Part shown: positions 11,961-24,322 of the stretch, piece after piece | Layout of the letters: every line of letters starts with the position of its first letter | Numbering within the stretch: position 1 is the stretch's first letter | Assembly: GCA_030295235.1 (NCBI GenBank) | Contig: AP026133.1 | Coordinates: 372,001 to 436,000, forward strand | Length of the DNA stretch: 64,000 nucleotides | Reading direction: 5' to 3' | Source of the DNA: Fistulifera solaris | Lineage: Eukaryota | Program-made: the position numbers and the translations under genes | The notes under the pieces: model-generated | What the model was told of the DNA's origin: nothing | Database searches by the model: none | The model's input: the letters and a program-made list of their open reading frames with translations, nothing else

Positions 11961-13464
11961 TCAATGAAGAATGCCGGCTACATTAATGCCCGCGATGTTT
12001 TCGCCCGGCATGATACTTCTTTTTCTTCTTGCTCCGTTTGCTCGTCTTGTCACGCACGACTTCTGAAACATGATTTTCTGCAGAACTATCTCGAACAAAA
12101 CATCGGTGTGATCCGATAGCAAAAGTGCAGTGTACCGGAAATCCTTTGCAGCTCTTTCTACTGAAGCGTTCCTTACAAAAGATGATCGCTCTGAATGAGG
12201 CCCAACTCTAGAATGTTTCGAACCTCGACAAAAGCCGTTAAAGGCATAGAGCTGATCAAAAATAACTTTGCCCTCTTGATTCGTGACGGTTATGTCTCGG
12301 TTCACAGGCAATAGTTTTTGGAGACGTTAGATTTAGTAGCCAAAAGTCTCTTCTTCATATGATTTTGAACTAGCATAGCCCCTAATGTTTTTCGACGCAG
12401 TCGAGAAGGGATCCAATGTGCAGCTCCCACTTTACTTCGTACATGCTACGAAACCATTCAAGTACCATGAGGCTAGCATTTGCACGAATAGCGCGGATAA
12501 GCGCCTGTGCAATGCGCCCTCATGTACTTCTTCATTTTCGTGAAACAGTCGAAAGCGATGCCTAGTTCAACGAATTGCCCGCAACTTGCTACACGTTGGA
12601 AAAAAGAAATGACAGCGTCAACTGAGAGATAATCCCTCGCCCCCCAACGGCGATAATGATCTTGTCAGGAACAATATCAAGAGATTGAAAGTCCTCACCC
12701 AGCAATGGACGAGAATAAACTTGAGTAGCTCAAAGAGCCCACTTTCGAAACAAAGGAGAAAGTTCAAAATCTTCTCCTAGTAGAGATTTTTCAAGTGATC
12801 GATCTTTTCAATTTGGAGAAGCTGTTCGAATTTCTCGTCTGCCAACCCTGGATCCATAAAGAACTTTAATGAACCAAACGACAAAGTGCGGTTCTCCAGT
12901 GCATCGATGAAAGGCAGTGCCCCCATCTTTGATCCAACACTCACTTAGTGTTAACGTTGCGAGGGCAGAGGCCTGTTCGACATTCAGCAGTAGACCCTGC
13001 AAGTATGTGACGGGACCAATCGAAGAATTTGTCGCAAACATTGGGAGCGAGCCGCGCGAAAGTCAAGTAAGCCCATAAAATGCCTGGCGCTTGCAGTAAC
13101 TTTCCGTCCCTCTTCTCCGGCTGCACAATATATGCAGTTATTTGTGAAACCTCATCTCCGAATTGCCGGTGATAATGAAAATCGGGCCATTTTGTCCAAA
13201 AAACAGGTGCAAGACTCGTCGCTTCTCTTTCGGATAGTAGCTCTTGCAGCCATATGGTTCCTCGAACGTAACAGTATTATTGTCGCGTCAGAGAACCAAT
13301 GCCTGTCCGTGCATGTTGATTTCCTAAAGATCGATTGGGTCTCGGGCTAGCCAGAACGTCCATGTTTCCCCATTGGTAAGCCTGCGAGCCACTTGCTCGG
13401 GCCGACGTTCAAAAGACTGAATTGCTACAAATCAAGCACCGGTACTGCGGCTTTTCGTCTTCAT
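11961..13464 (-). pseudogene. Decayed member of a diatom-expanded (Fistulifera-type) LRR/RNI-like hypothetical protein family
   Basis: Stitched frames read LARDPIDL*EI..LVL*RDNNT, EQASALATLTLSECWIKDGGTAF/IDALENRTLSFGSL and NRDITV..LYAFNGFCRGS..ERAAKDFRYTALLLSDHTDVLFE. In-frame stops at 13432-13434, 13324-13326 and 13288-13290 plus frameshifts. Family assignment is from recall, not a search. Confidence 0.65.
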
Positions 13465-13675
13465 TTTCGAATGAAAAGTAAGGGAGATGAAGGAAGATAG
13501 TCTTACCGTAAACGACACAATCAAGTGCAACAAAAAATCATAAGCGCTGAAGATTTTCGTTTGCACCTTTTTTCTTACAGCGAAAGTGTACTTTTGGAGT
13601 TACAATGAAGAATTGTTCCATAAGTAGTAAGTACCACGCAGACTCAAGATAGGCGGACGCCGGCACCTGGCACAC

Positions 13676-13705
13676 GTACCAGTTACCAGTACCTGTACTG
13701 GTACC
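13676..13705. promoter_or_regulatory. GTAC inverted repeat upstream of the 13867 gene
   Basis: TACCAGTAC-CT-GTACTGGTA at 13684-13703. Confidence 0.5.
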
Positions 13706-13866
13706 CCACCGGTCGGTGCAAGGTAAAAACCGTGTTCTCACCATACAACGTTATTCGGACATTCTTTGCGAGTGCGTGACAAACATGCCTCGAGAACTTC
13801 ATTTGAATTCAAAGTCGGTTCAAAAGTAATTATAAATTACCATTCACGTATTTTAACATCTAAATC

Positions 13867-15299
13867 ATGTCATCACGCAATTTAGCACGCCCTCGTTCAC
13901 TCGCGATTTCAACACGGGAGAAATCAAGCGATAACAAGCAACAAGAGCGACCCAGTCATTCGAGTCACATTCCTTCCAGTGCACCAAAGGTGCCGCAAAG
14001 TAACGCTACACATCTCGCGGGTCGCAACATTTCTATCAAGAAAGTGCACCGCTACTCCGATACAGAGCATTACGCACACGATAACGAAACATCTGGTATT
14101 CCGAAGCATCCCCGTCGACTCTGGAAGGTCGACGACGACAAACTACCATCATTTCCCGACTTTTTCCGCCGTCCAACCCACGTGAATCCTGTCTCATCAC
14201 AGATGCGCCTCCCTCTGTCATTGCCGTACGAATTGCGGAATGCCTGCGTCGTCGTTCGGTAGCGGTCGAGTACGACGAAGATACTTGCACCGCCACCGGT
14301 GTCACGGTAGACGGTTGTTCGTTTCAAATTCATTTGTGGCAAGCGCGAGATACGGACGTACTCGTGGAGTGCATCAAGCAAAGAGGTTCTTCTCAGACGT
14401 ATCACTGGACCGTGCAGGCAATTTTACAGGCGGCCCAGTCACTTGATTCCGGGGAAGACAGACGCTCGGTTTATCAGGCATCCACCAGTGAATTCAACCG
14501 ATTATTTTTTAAAGTCGAACACCCAATTGATGTATCACGTTTTATTGAGACGGAATCAGATGCTGACCCACCAGCCAAAGCATCCGAAACGGTTCTGGCG
14601 TCGTTAGAACGGGCCTGGCAATTACTTGGAAAAGATCGTTGCGAAGCGCAGCAACTCGGTATGGAGTCGATTGTGCATTTGACCGATCGGCATACGACCG
14701 GAGTAGCAAGGGCAATGTATGCGGCATTTGCAGTTCTGGGAGCACCTGCTACTCTAGGTTATGCCATTCCTCTGGAAGATATCCATGAGCGATGGATTTA
14801 TGGACTCATCGTGAACCGTGCCACGCCCACAGAGCAAGGGGCCGTAGATGTCGATAACACTATGTTGCTCGCAAATTCGATCGATGATGACGTGCACGTT
14901 GGCAAAATGCGTTCCCTGGCACTTCGGGTACTTGCCAACGCTTTGACAATTCTATCGAAATATCAGGCAGATGTTTTGGAGAGCTTGCTTCGCGACAGAA
15001 TACCACAGTGGACATCCGAGCAGCTGATCGACGCTCTGATAGCCGATCTTCACGGCTCTTATCGACCGCCCACGGCTTTTCCCCACTTGTCGACACAACA
15101 CGACGCTGCGCTCGCAATGCAATGCCTTGGATGCTTGAGTAAACACAGCGTTTCAATTGCCGGGTACATTGAATCCAATCCAAGTGCTTTGTCGTTATTG
15201 GATGGTGCGAGGACCGTGGGACGTTCCACGCATGTTCTTCTCCATGAGCTGGCGACTAAGATATACGAACAATTAACCGAAGAGCACAGGTCTTGCTGA
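13867..15299 (+). CDS. Hypothetical protein (possible KA1-like domain followed by an ARM-like helical C-terminus)
   Basis: ORFs 13867-14262 and 14334-15299 join via a frameshift in the T-run near 14161 (PPSVIAVRIAECLRRRSVAVEYDE..LVECIKQRG; LGMESIVHLTD). Confidence 0.7.
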
Positions 15300-15404
15300 T
15301 GAGCATAATGAATAATGCACCTTTTTGAACTTATCTCACATATACTCTTTATTTCCTCGGCTTCACCGATTTGTAATTTAGACTGCATTCAACAGTAAGT
15401 TTTT

Positions 15405-16139
15405 CTAACTTAAGTTTTTTCCTGCCGCCGAAACAATCGTTCGTTCTTGATTTTTATCAGCTGATTGCAGCATGGTTTGCGCCCAACGACGAAACACTTC
15501 AGCCTGATACTCTCTGTCACGTTTCACGATATCCGGAGCTTCGGCTAACACCGCCTTAACTTGTGCGACCTTTAGAGAGCGCTTTTCCATTTTTCGATAG
15601 TGTGCCCGGACAAGTAGTTTTTTGTACTTTTTACGAATCTTTCGAACCGCTTGCCATCGTCTACCTTGTCTCTTGGCCTGTCGCGTTCCCCGCTTCCCCG
15701 CCCGCTCGGGGACAGCCTCGTAGGCTTCCTTCAACAAAAGTTCCGTTTCTTCGGGACTGTAGCGCAAGGGCGGATATAGACCTCCACCGGCCTTGGTCAA
15801 TCGCTGACGTTCCGCGGCGGCTTCGACGGCATTCTGCTTCGCTTTCTTGGTTGCCCGAGCACTGGCAACGGCTTTGCCGGGGAATGTGCCAATGGAAAGC
15901 GACTGTTGCACATCTATCCAGTCTTTCTGTTGCTGTGTCTCTAGTGAAACGATTTTTCTCATTCGCTTTTCGTCCTTTTTGCTCGGTTTATTTCTTGCAC
16001 CGAACAAGCGCTGCTGCAAGGAGTTGTTGGTAGCCATTTGTGGGACGTGGATTGACTTGATTGCCGCGGATCTCGTCAACGATGTTGACTTGAGACTCAT
16101 TCGAGCTAGTTGGCTCGTCAGTACATTGAGAGACATCAT
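15405..16139 (-). CDS. Basic hypothetical protein with mitochondrial-type presequence
   Basis: 244-aa ORF; Arg/Ser-rich N-terminus lacking acidic residues; Lys/Arg-rich body. Confidence 0.7.
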   Translation of the reverse strand: MMSLNVLTSQLARMSLKSTSLTRSAAIKSIHVPQMATNNSLQQRLFGARNKPSKKDEKRMRKIVSLETQQQKDWIDVQQSLSIGTFPGKAVASARATKKAKQNAVEAAAERQRLTKAGGGLYPPLRYSPEETELLLKEAYEAVPERAGKRGTRQAKRQGRRWQAVRKIRKKYKKLLVRAHYRKMEKRSLKVAQVKAVLAEAPDIVKRDREYQAEVFRRWAQTMLQSADKNQERTIVSAAGKNLS

Positions 16140-16374
16140 GCTTATTGTTTACTTATGCAATAAACAAAAGCAAAAATGGCCCTTGTTTTGTGCGATGATG
16201 CTTTACGTCGTTGTGCTCTGCGGTTCGCGCTCGCGGCCGACGACGCACGCACGATAGTCGACTCATGACTGGAATGAAACTCTTGACTGTACATTTGCTA
16301 TAGAGAGTAATATTCAAAAGCAGGTAGAGTAACCTTGGTTAGCAACCCATCTTACTCAACTAATCTATGTCGTA

Positions 16375-17591
16375 TTAAGCCTCCTGACTTGCTTTTGACG
16401 ACTGGAAAGCATCGATACGATGGTACAAGGGATCGGTAATCCTCAAAGCATAGGTTACGGTTCGCTTGGCATAATAGTCGGGATCCATTTCGAGGTTTTG
16501 AATAACATCTTGGACCAGATGTCCTCGCTCCACTTGTGCTCCTATTTCATTGTGAATTCGAGTGAAATGAATGTGCGTTTGATAAAACTGCGGCTGGTAA
16601 TGAAAGAAGCAGCGGATCATGTCCGATGAGATGCCGTACGTCTTCTTGATGACCTTTGGACACTCTTGAATCAGTACTTTGAGCATGGCCAAATGAGATC
16701 CACGGAGGTCTCGAAGCGATGCAATGCTCTTGTCTTTTAATATAGCCAGACAATACAGATCATCAACTGCTTCATGCTGATACCAGACTTCGCGACTTGT
16801 GGTTTTGGGGTCTGGGTGCGAACGCCACTTGGTATCGACATTGAGGAGAAAGTGTTCTGTATCCAAGAGACAGCGCTCTTTTCCTTCTCACCAGAAAGTA
16901 CGTTATCAATCCATGACAAGCTTCCGGATTGTTTTAGCTCTTGAATATATGGCTCGGTTACGTTATGATACAGCTCGGGTGTCTCATAGATGAACCGAGA
17001 CGACGGAGACGGGGATGCACGTAAAATTTGGCGGTCACTCGCTGGATAAATGAATTCACATTGAAGAGGACCGAAATTGAAAAAAGAAGTGTTCCCGACA
17101 AGTGAAGTCAAAATAGCAAGAAAAGAGTTCCACAAGCCTGTTCGGGGTGTGGCGTTGTAGTAACTATATTCGGCGCCACTCTCGCTGGACAGATGGAAGT
17201 CGTACTGCTTCAGCAACTTAATAATGCGAGCAGTCTCGTCCCCTTCCGAGTGATTTGAACTAATCTGAGATAAAACTCTTTGTCGGAAAGGAAGTGCAGT
17301 CAGTTTCAGCAACGACGTCACTTCTCCTTGTTCAAACAAAAAGTGGCATGTTTATCCGACGCATCGAGAACGCGGGCCTGACAGGAAGAGTCCTGTAACA
17401 TAGAGACAGGGTCCTTGTTGCTTGTCATGGCTTGTTAGGGCGACTGGCGACTGTGACCTGTCGTCTGGATTATGTTCTTCCGATGAAGCACTGCCAATCT
17501 TGAAAGGATGTCGTTTCGTCGATATTTTGCATTGATGTCGTGTGGATATTGTGCGAGTACCTAAAATGTTAGAGTGAAGGACGACGGACAT
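16375..17591 (-). CDS. DCPS: Scavenger mRNA decapping enzyme (m7GpppX diphosphatase); 5' end approximate
   Basis: IYETPELY..VTEPYI..SLSWIDNVLSGEKE, DTKW, SIASLRDL and HIT-like FHYQPQFYQTHIHF motifs; frameshifts near 16870 and 17345. Confidence 0.9.
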
Positions 17592-17927
17592 AGGACGAAA
17601 GCGACTCCAAAACAGGAAGTAGGATTTTCGTGTGGAACGGATCAAAACTGCAATGTCCGATGTCCGTTTCGATATTTTTGGTACAAATAGTCTTAGACCA
17701 CCATCGCTTTGCGATCCGCGACGGAAGTAGTACTCTACATCGATAGTTCAGCGAAATTATTTGCGAGGGGGCGATACCACAAAATCGCCGGCGCGCCATT
17801 TGAATTTCCAACTGATTGATTCAGACCAAAACTACCCCTCTCATTGTTTCAGCACGGATCGCTTGAATAGTGTTCGCAACCAACGTCCAGAATTACCATC
17901 GAAGACGGAAGAAATACCAGATAAACC

Positions 17928-20432
17928 ATGTACATGAATCGTCTATCGTATCATCGGATGTCTTCGAATGGCAGCAATGCTAACGCGGACTCGCTGGAGC
18001 AAAAACATGGCTTGCCGGTGATCGAGACATCATGCCTGTCGAAACGGAAAGAACCGTCTCCCACATCGCCTGCATCTCTATCGTCTCCGCGAGTTGGCGG
18101 TGATTTTCAGATGCTTCATACGACGGTTTCTGAACACCGTGATTCTGTTCGAAAAGCGAGAGCTGCACTGGCGTCATCGCTTGACCGACTGGGTGAACAT
18201 CATGTCCGACGAAAGGAATACGATGCTGCCATGGACGCCTTTACAGAGGCCTTGCACGAAAAACGAAGCATTTATACCAATGCTGTTGCTGCCCTGAACC
18301 GGAATGCTGGAGTAGGCAACACCTTTTTCTCGAGCAGTTCCGACGATTCATCACAAGTTCATGACGAGGCGATCGATGAAATAATCATCACTCTTCGCAA
18401 CATGGGCAATGTTCACTCCCTTCGTGGGGAACAAGACGAGGCTATGAGATACTACTCCGAGGTGACGAACTTGAGTGCAATTAAAACCACCAGCAACGTT
18501 GATGGTGACGACACTTCTACGTTATTCTCAGGTCTTGTTGGGGAAGAGGATAATTCTACATTGATGAGCGAAATCAACGAGGATGTCAAAGCACTCGACG
18601 ACATGTTCCGAAGCATTTCCTTCCGCAACAACGATAACACTTCCATGTGGAGGAGAGACAAGTCACTAAGCAAATCATTAAGCAGCAGTTCTCGCTCCAA
18701 AGAAGCTCCATTTCCACCAAGCAGCAAAAGAAGGAAGAGTAACTTTGGGCAACCAAATGTCCCAATATGGACAGAAGGTGAACCATTTAGGAGATCTTCA
18801 TCGGCAATGTTCGCTGAATCCGCAAATCAAATAACAGAAGCTTTAGATGCGTTCAAATCAGTACTTGATAATTTCTCAGGCGATTCTCTGGAGGTTTACA
18901 AGGAGAATTACAACTCATTGGCGTTGCGCGCTGATTTGCTCGCCGAGAGTGCTAGTCGACCAGATACCCCCTCCGATGGGAAAGGCGGTGCACCTATTGA
19001 TCTTCAACTACTACTTGACATTTATCAACACATCCTAAAAGTACAGAAGGAGCAGCAAGTACTTGAGTCGGCGTCTTGCCAGGAGACGAGTATGCATATT
19101 GCATCAACCCTGATCCGAATGGGAGGCGTTTACTATAAACTTGGGAGTCGATTAGAAGAACTCAGCATGTATAAGGAAGCTAAAGACGTTTACAGCCGAG
19201 CATTCGGTGAGAATCACGCATACGTTGCCGGGGCCAAGAAGAATATAGGAATGGTTCTTGCCGAGCGAGGGGAATACGAAGAAGCTATGTTGGAATTCGA
19301 TGAAGCACGAAAAATTTACCTGGCTGCAAATGATGAAAGCGACTTGAGCAGGGATGTGGCAAGTGCAATTTCATGCATGGGAAATGTCAAAAATAGAACT
19401 GGAGACCTTGCCGAAGCATTGGCTCATTACATGGACGCCTTGAAGATTTACAAAGCATTGTGTGAAAAGGCTGACGACCCTGCTAACATCGAAAGCACTG
19501 AAAAAACTTCATCGTCGGTGCTTGACGTGACGGCCACTCTCAAAGTCATAGGTATGGTTCACGCAAAGCAGGGACAGTTGGACACCGCAACGACTTTCTT
19601 CGTCGAAGCTATGGATCTTCTCCGCTCTTCCGGAATCGACGACTCAGCAGCAGGGAGCGAAACCATAGCCTCCCTCCTTACCCGCATTGCGAGTATTCAC
19701 GTAAAGAAAGGGGATTTGACAGAAGCCATGGAACACTATCGACAGGCCTATGAGTTAATTATCCAAGCGAAGGGTACAACTAATCATCAGGATGTTGCTG
19801 GAATTCTGCATTACATTGGGGGGATACTTCACAAACAATCGGATTATGACGAAGCCATGAATTGCTACCAAGAAGCGATCCGTATCTACCATTCTACACT
19901 GGGTCCGGGAAATCCAACTGTTGCCGGAACTTTGGTCATGGTTGGCAGCATTCATTACAAACGACGAAATTTGGATAGTGCCATGATGTTTTACCGAGAA
20001 GCTTTACGGCTCAATCGCGATGCCTACGGACTGCATCACCCTGATGTAGCTCCTATTCTGAAAAGTATTGGCACAATTCTCACCAAGACCGGAGACTTCA
20101 GGGGAGCCTACGAAGTCTTCCGTGACGTCTTGAGTATCAAATGTACGATCTATGGCACTTGTCATCCCGAAGTGGCAAGCGCATACAAGAGCCTCGGCAA
20201 TGTGCACTATAAACTCGGCGAGCTCGCCGATGCAGAGCGTCAGTATCGTCACGCTCTAAGCATTTATCGAAGAGCCCGCGGAAACGAGCACCCTGATACT
20301 GTCGCAGCCAGGACCACCATCGAACACATTCGGTATTGGATGAAAGAAAAGGGGTTACGACGAAGTAATGAAGGCCGTCACACCCGAAATTCGTCACGAG
20401 CCCAAGCTCAAGATGATGAACGTAGTTGCTAA
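17928..20432 (+). CDS. TPR-repeat protein (kinesin light chain/nephrocystin-3-like ~42-aa TPRs)
   Basis: Repeated units such as HQDVAGILHYIG, HPDVAPILKSIG and HPEVASAYKSLGNV with A...Y..AL.I; intact 834-aa ORF. Confidence 0.9.
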   Translation: MYMNRLSYHRMSSNGSNANADSLEQKHGLPVIETSCLSKRKEPSPTSPASLSSPRVGGDFQMLHTTVSEHRDSVRKARAALASSLDRLGEHHVRRKEYDAAMDAFTEALHEKRSIYTNAVAALNRNAGVGNTFFSSSSDDSSQVHDEAIDEIIITLRNMGNVHSLRGEQDEAMRYYSEVTNLSAIKTTSNVDGDDTSTLFSGLVGEEDNSTLMSEINEDVKALDDMFRSISFRNNDNTSMWRRDKSLSKSLSSSSRSKEAPFPPSSKRRKSNFGQPNVPIWTEGEPFRRSSSAMFAESANQITEALDAFKSVLDNFSGDSLEVYKENYNSLALRADLLAESASRPDTPSDGKGGAPIDLQLLLDIYQHILKVQKEQQVLESASCQETSMHIASTLIRMGGVYYKLGSRLEELSMYKEAKDVYSRAFGENHAYVAGAKKNIGMVLAERGEYEEAMLEFDEARKIYLAANDESDLSRDVASAISCMGNVKNRTGDLAEALAHYMDALKIYKALCEKADDPANIESTEKTSSSVLDVTATLKVIGMVHAKQGQLDTATTFFVEAMDLLRSSGIDDSAAGSETIASLLTRIASIHVKKGDLTEAMEHYRQAYELIIQAKGTTNHQDVAGILHYIGGILHKQSDYDEAMNCYQEAIRIYHSTLGPGNPTVAGTLVMVGSIHYKRRNLDSAMMFYREALRLNRDAYGLHHPDVAPILKSIGTILTKTGDFRGAYEVFRDVLSIKCTIYGTCHPEVASAYKSLGNVHYKLGELADAERQYRHALSIYRRARGNEHPDTVAARTTIEHIRYWMKEKGLRRSNEGRHTRNSSRAQAQDDERSC

Positions 20433-20856
20433 GCTAGAGATCTAATAAGTCTTCACTGTAGCAAAAGCAATTTCGAAAAGTTCTAGATCGTGGATTAGTG
20501 AATGTAACAAGGGCAGAACCAATGTTTAAGTCATTATGCCGCACGAAAAGCTGCATCAGGTGATATTGAGTGTCAACGCTGCTTCGCCTAAAAGCATCTA
20601 CATATGTTCAATTTTAGAGGAGCAAGACGCTTATCCACGGTGCGAGTGATGTTGCAATATTGAAAGGCCAGTAAAAGGTGTGCTCGTCAACGATTTCGAT
20701 GAAGAAACGTCTATTCAATTCTTTCTAGGACCGGATCACGGTTTATGTTTGCGGTGAAGCATCTGTGTTTAGATCCCTTGGAATGTTATTGGCGATGCAT
20801 TGCGTCTCATGAGAGGTGGGCTTTATAAAAATGAGTGACGCTCGTTTTGAGCAAAT

Positions 20857-20910
20857 CCATGTGAACAAAGCATTACCCGAGTACCATGTGAACAAAGCAT
20901 TACCCGAGTA
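20857..20910. repeat. Perfect 2 x 27-bp tandem duplication
   Basis: CCATGTGAACAAAGCATTACCCGAGTA at 20857-20883 and 20884-20910. Confidence 0.95.
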
Positions 20911-22084
20911 GCAGATGATTGCCGCTACAAGAACTATCATCATGACAATCATACTATTGGTGTACCAGGGATGCTGCCCCAAGTGATCCATGTTGCTATA
21001 GTACTCGTCAGTTTCATCCATCGGTCGTTGACCATACGCATACGACCGTTCCACCAGTTTGACTTTCGCAAAATCTCGTCCCGTCCACATTGTAAGTCGG
21101 GGCGCTTGTATTCGTTGTGGGGACAATTTATTGCGGAAGTTTCGTCGGCTCGATAATCGGTATAAAGCGTGTCTAGATTACGGACTGAATAATGATGGAA
21201 GTGCCACGGTTGAGATCGATCACGTTACCTGGTAATGTGATTATTATTTTGTGATGCGCGAAAAAAGCTTGATGTTTGGGACACAGTACGAACCTACGCG
21301 AGCCGTGTATTACAAAATCCGTTGTGTTATTCGTAAACCGTGATACACCTCCTACGTTTACAACATTCCTTAAGAGCAGTCACTACCGCCGGAAATGGCA
21401 AAAACTCGTTTTTGCCATTTTTTGTGCCCATAACCTATATTTTTGCATCCGGTAGTGAAGGGTTTCAACGACACTCTTGCAATTCTGTCCCGTTTGAGTG
21501 CCGTATGATATTAGTCACGTCAAAAATTTCGTTTTTTCTCATGCATCATGAATGAATCATGACACACTGTGGTTGTCGTTCATGCGCTTGATGTGCCTCT
21601 ACCACTTCAACTCCATCTCCTTTTTCGTTCTTCAATTGAGGCTACACCAGTCCATTTCTCCTATGATCATGAGTGAAAGTGGCAGAGTCACTCGCAGCAT
21701 GGACCGTACAAAAAGCGGAAAAAGAAATGGGCGATTGTAAATCAATTCATTAAAATGTTTATAAATTCTTGTTGTTATTGTCTATTGAAATGTTTGAGGC
21801 GGTGACAATGATTTCCCTGGCCCTCTGCAAGATCCGTTTAAAAAATAGTGATGAAATCGACAACGGAGGGAAGTGATTTTGAATTGTTTTGCTTGTTTGT
21901 AAAAGCGATGCAAGGGGTGATTTTTTTCAAATGATTTTTAAATATTGCAGTACAGACGCGATGTAGGCAATTTTTTGACGTCCGTCCTTAACCCGTGCTA
22001 ACGCTTTGTGGAAATTCACAAAACGCAACAACAAGCCGATGAGTAGTTTAGAGATTGCTACCTCATTCTCACTCATTACAAAGA

Positions 22085-23808
22085 ATGGAGATGAACATTC
22101 GAATCTTCTCAACGTTAGATGAGGCCCAATCGGGCCATGGCATACCTCATCGTGATTACGCGCAATATCATGCTTATTGCACGAAGCGACTGGCTCGATT
22201 GCGACGAGTGAAGCAAGTTCGAATGCATCTCTTGCACAATCACCGCTATGTTGAAGGTGTTTCCGGACGACGCCACGCTTACTGCGCACGAAAATATTAC
22301 CAAGACGAAGAAAGCAAAGAACCTATGGTTGTTCATGAAAACCTGCTGTGGGATATTTTCTTTCAAGCCGAACGAGCGTGGGCGCAAGCGTGTGAAATGG
22401 AAGCGTCGCAAAAGTCCACCAACTCACACGTGCAGCGCCGATTGAATAAAGCGGCAAAATGGGCTAGCCGAATTTCCGAACTAGCGAAGAGTCTGCAATG
22501 CGATGAAACGACCATTCGCGAAGCCGAGGCGTACGCCGCTTGGATGAAGGGCAATACTTGTTTGAAGCACGAAAATTATATAGAGGCGTTTCGATCGTAT
22601 CGGTCGTCGCGGCAGCTTTGCTCCAGTTAGTGACAGATCTCCACAAGTCTACAGCAGAGTCGGATGGTGATGTGGACCGCCAAAGACTTACTCTGAGCGA
22701 TATCTGGATGACGAGAGCGGAATCTGTCGTCAAGCCACTCGAACGATATTGTCAATACGAGGCGCGTGACGACTTGGACCCATCGGATCTCATCGACGAC
22801 AATGAAATGAGCTCTACAACAGGTTCGAAGTCAACTGGCGGAATCATCTTGCACTTTCGCGGTGAACAAATTGTCTTGGACGAATACAAAGATCTGGCTA
22901 TTGTGTACTTGAAAATGGAAGAGTCGCTTAAGAACCTCAACATCACATCGCATCACGACGAAGACAGCTTTATGCAACTGTTTTCTGACCTGGATGATGC
23001 TATGAAATGGACACGTTCGGCACTGCATCGATACGAATCACTGCCGGATGGTCCAGCTGTTAGCGCTCGTCGACAGGATCTTCAAGCGATCGCGGCGTTC
23101 TTTGAATATCAAAAACTCTCTGTTTGGGGGCAACGACAGGAAAGAAGAGTGTCCGGCTTAAATAGTGATGCCGATATTCTACATGTATATGATACGCTGT
23201 TACAGAATGCGCAAGCAATGCTTAACTTGCTCTTCTCGGGAGATGGAGACGACATGCAAGACGACGCACAAATCCTCGAGGCTCAAGCCCACGTGATTCG
23301 TGTCCGAGCCTTCCGATGCTACTATCTGACTCGACTATTTGAATGTTCAAATAGCGAGGTTGAAGCACATCCGAAAGATATGCTAGCTTTCATTCAGTAT
23401 ACGAAGCAACTGGCAAAACGCGCCGAAGAAGAGATCGCAGCTTGTGATATGGAAGATGGCGACTACTATCTCGCGGAATTAGAAAAACTACAGAAAAATA
23501 TTGAGATTGCCACCTGCCGCATTAAAGCGGCTGAATTCTTGGAACGTACATCCGGAGGAGAAACGAGTAAGCAAACGAGTCGCCCTTTATGGATGCGTCT
23601 TGACGAGATGGATTCAGGATCTATTCTAGTGGACAGTCCTCCGTTGCCGGTGCCGATTCCAGGCAAACCTATATTCTACGACATAGCGTGGCAGTATATT
23701 GGAGGCGATTATCCATCCGATGTCCTGGAAGCATACATCAAAGAGCATGACGAAGAAGGAAAAACGGAGAAGAAGACACGCAGGGGTTTCTTCGGCTGGT
23801 TTGGATAG
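22085..23808 (+). CDS. SRP68: Signal recognition particle subunit SRP68
   Basis: HGIPHRDYAQYHAYCTKRLARLR, QAERAWA, RRLNKAAKWA, EAEAYAAWMKG, PIPGKPIFYDIA and terminal GFFGWFG; frameshift near 22610. Confidence 0.9.
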
Positions 23809-24322
23809 TTATGAATTGAATGGAGGCTCGAGCCCTCGCAGTACATTTATTATTAGAATTATTCAATCTTATCGATAACTGAGTTTTCAAATGCAGACTT
23901 AAGTTTGACTTCGTCGTAGAGATACCATTGCCGCTTGATGCGGACTAAGCAAGAAGCTTCGTGTCCCTAGAGACGAAACAAAGAGATGAGGGGCGGCGGA
24001 TAAGACAAAAATGTTTGTATCTCCCGACAAGCGTCCCCTAGCTAAGGATTGGCTTTCAGAGTGACAAGAGGAATTGAGAAACAACGCCAATATTCCGAAG
24101 TTGGCTAAGCTATCCCATAGGTGGACTCGTAACTAGAGAGATGACTAAATTCCAAAGATTTCCTCTTGAACGCAGTGAAGTCTCGATTTGACCATTAGTA
24201 ATTGCTTGTTAGTGCAAAAGATTGCTAAGCTCATCAAGGATTAAAGAAGTGGTTATAATATTGTACGTCGAGAAACGGGATTTTTAAAGTTATCGCCTTA
24301 CTTCTCTAGACTTTCCTTCAAC

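Noticed and set aside
11424..13860. Transposon or endogenous virus in the long gap
   Set aside because: No RT, integrase, transposase or capsid motifs and no terminal repeats seen; largely explained by the pseudogene at 11961-13464.
20857..20910. 27-bp direct repeat as a CRISPR array
   Set aside because: Only two adjacent copies, no spacer, no cas genes, eukaryotic context.
21720..21960. AT-rich island as a diatom centromere
   Set aside because: Too short and directly upstream of SRP68; consistent with ordinary promoter DNA, as are 59200-59500 and 60800-61100.
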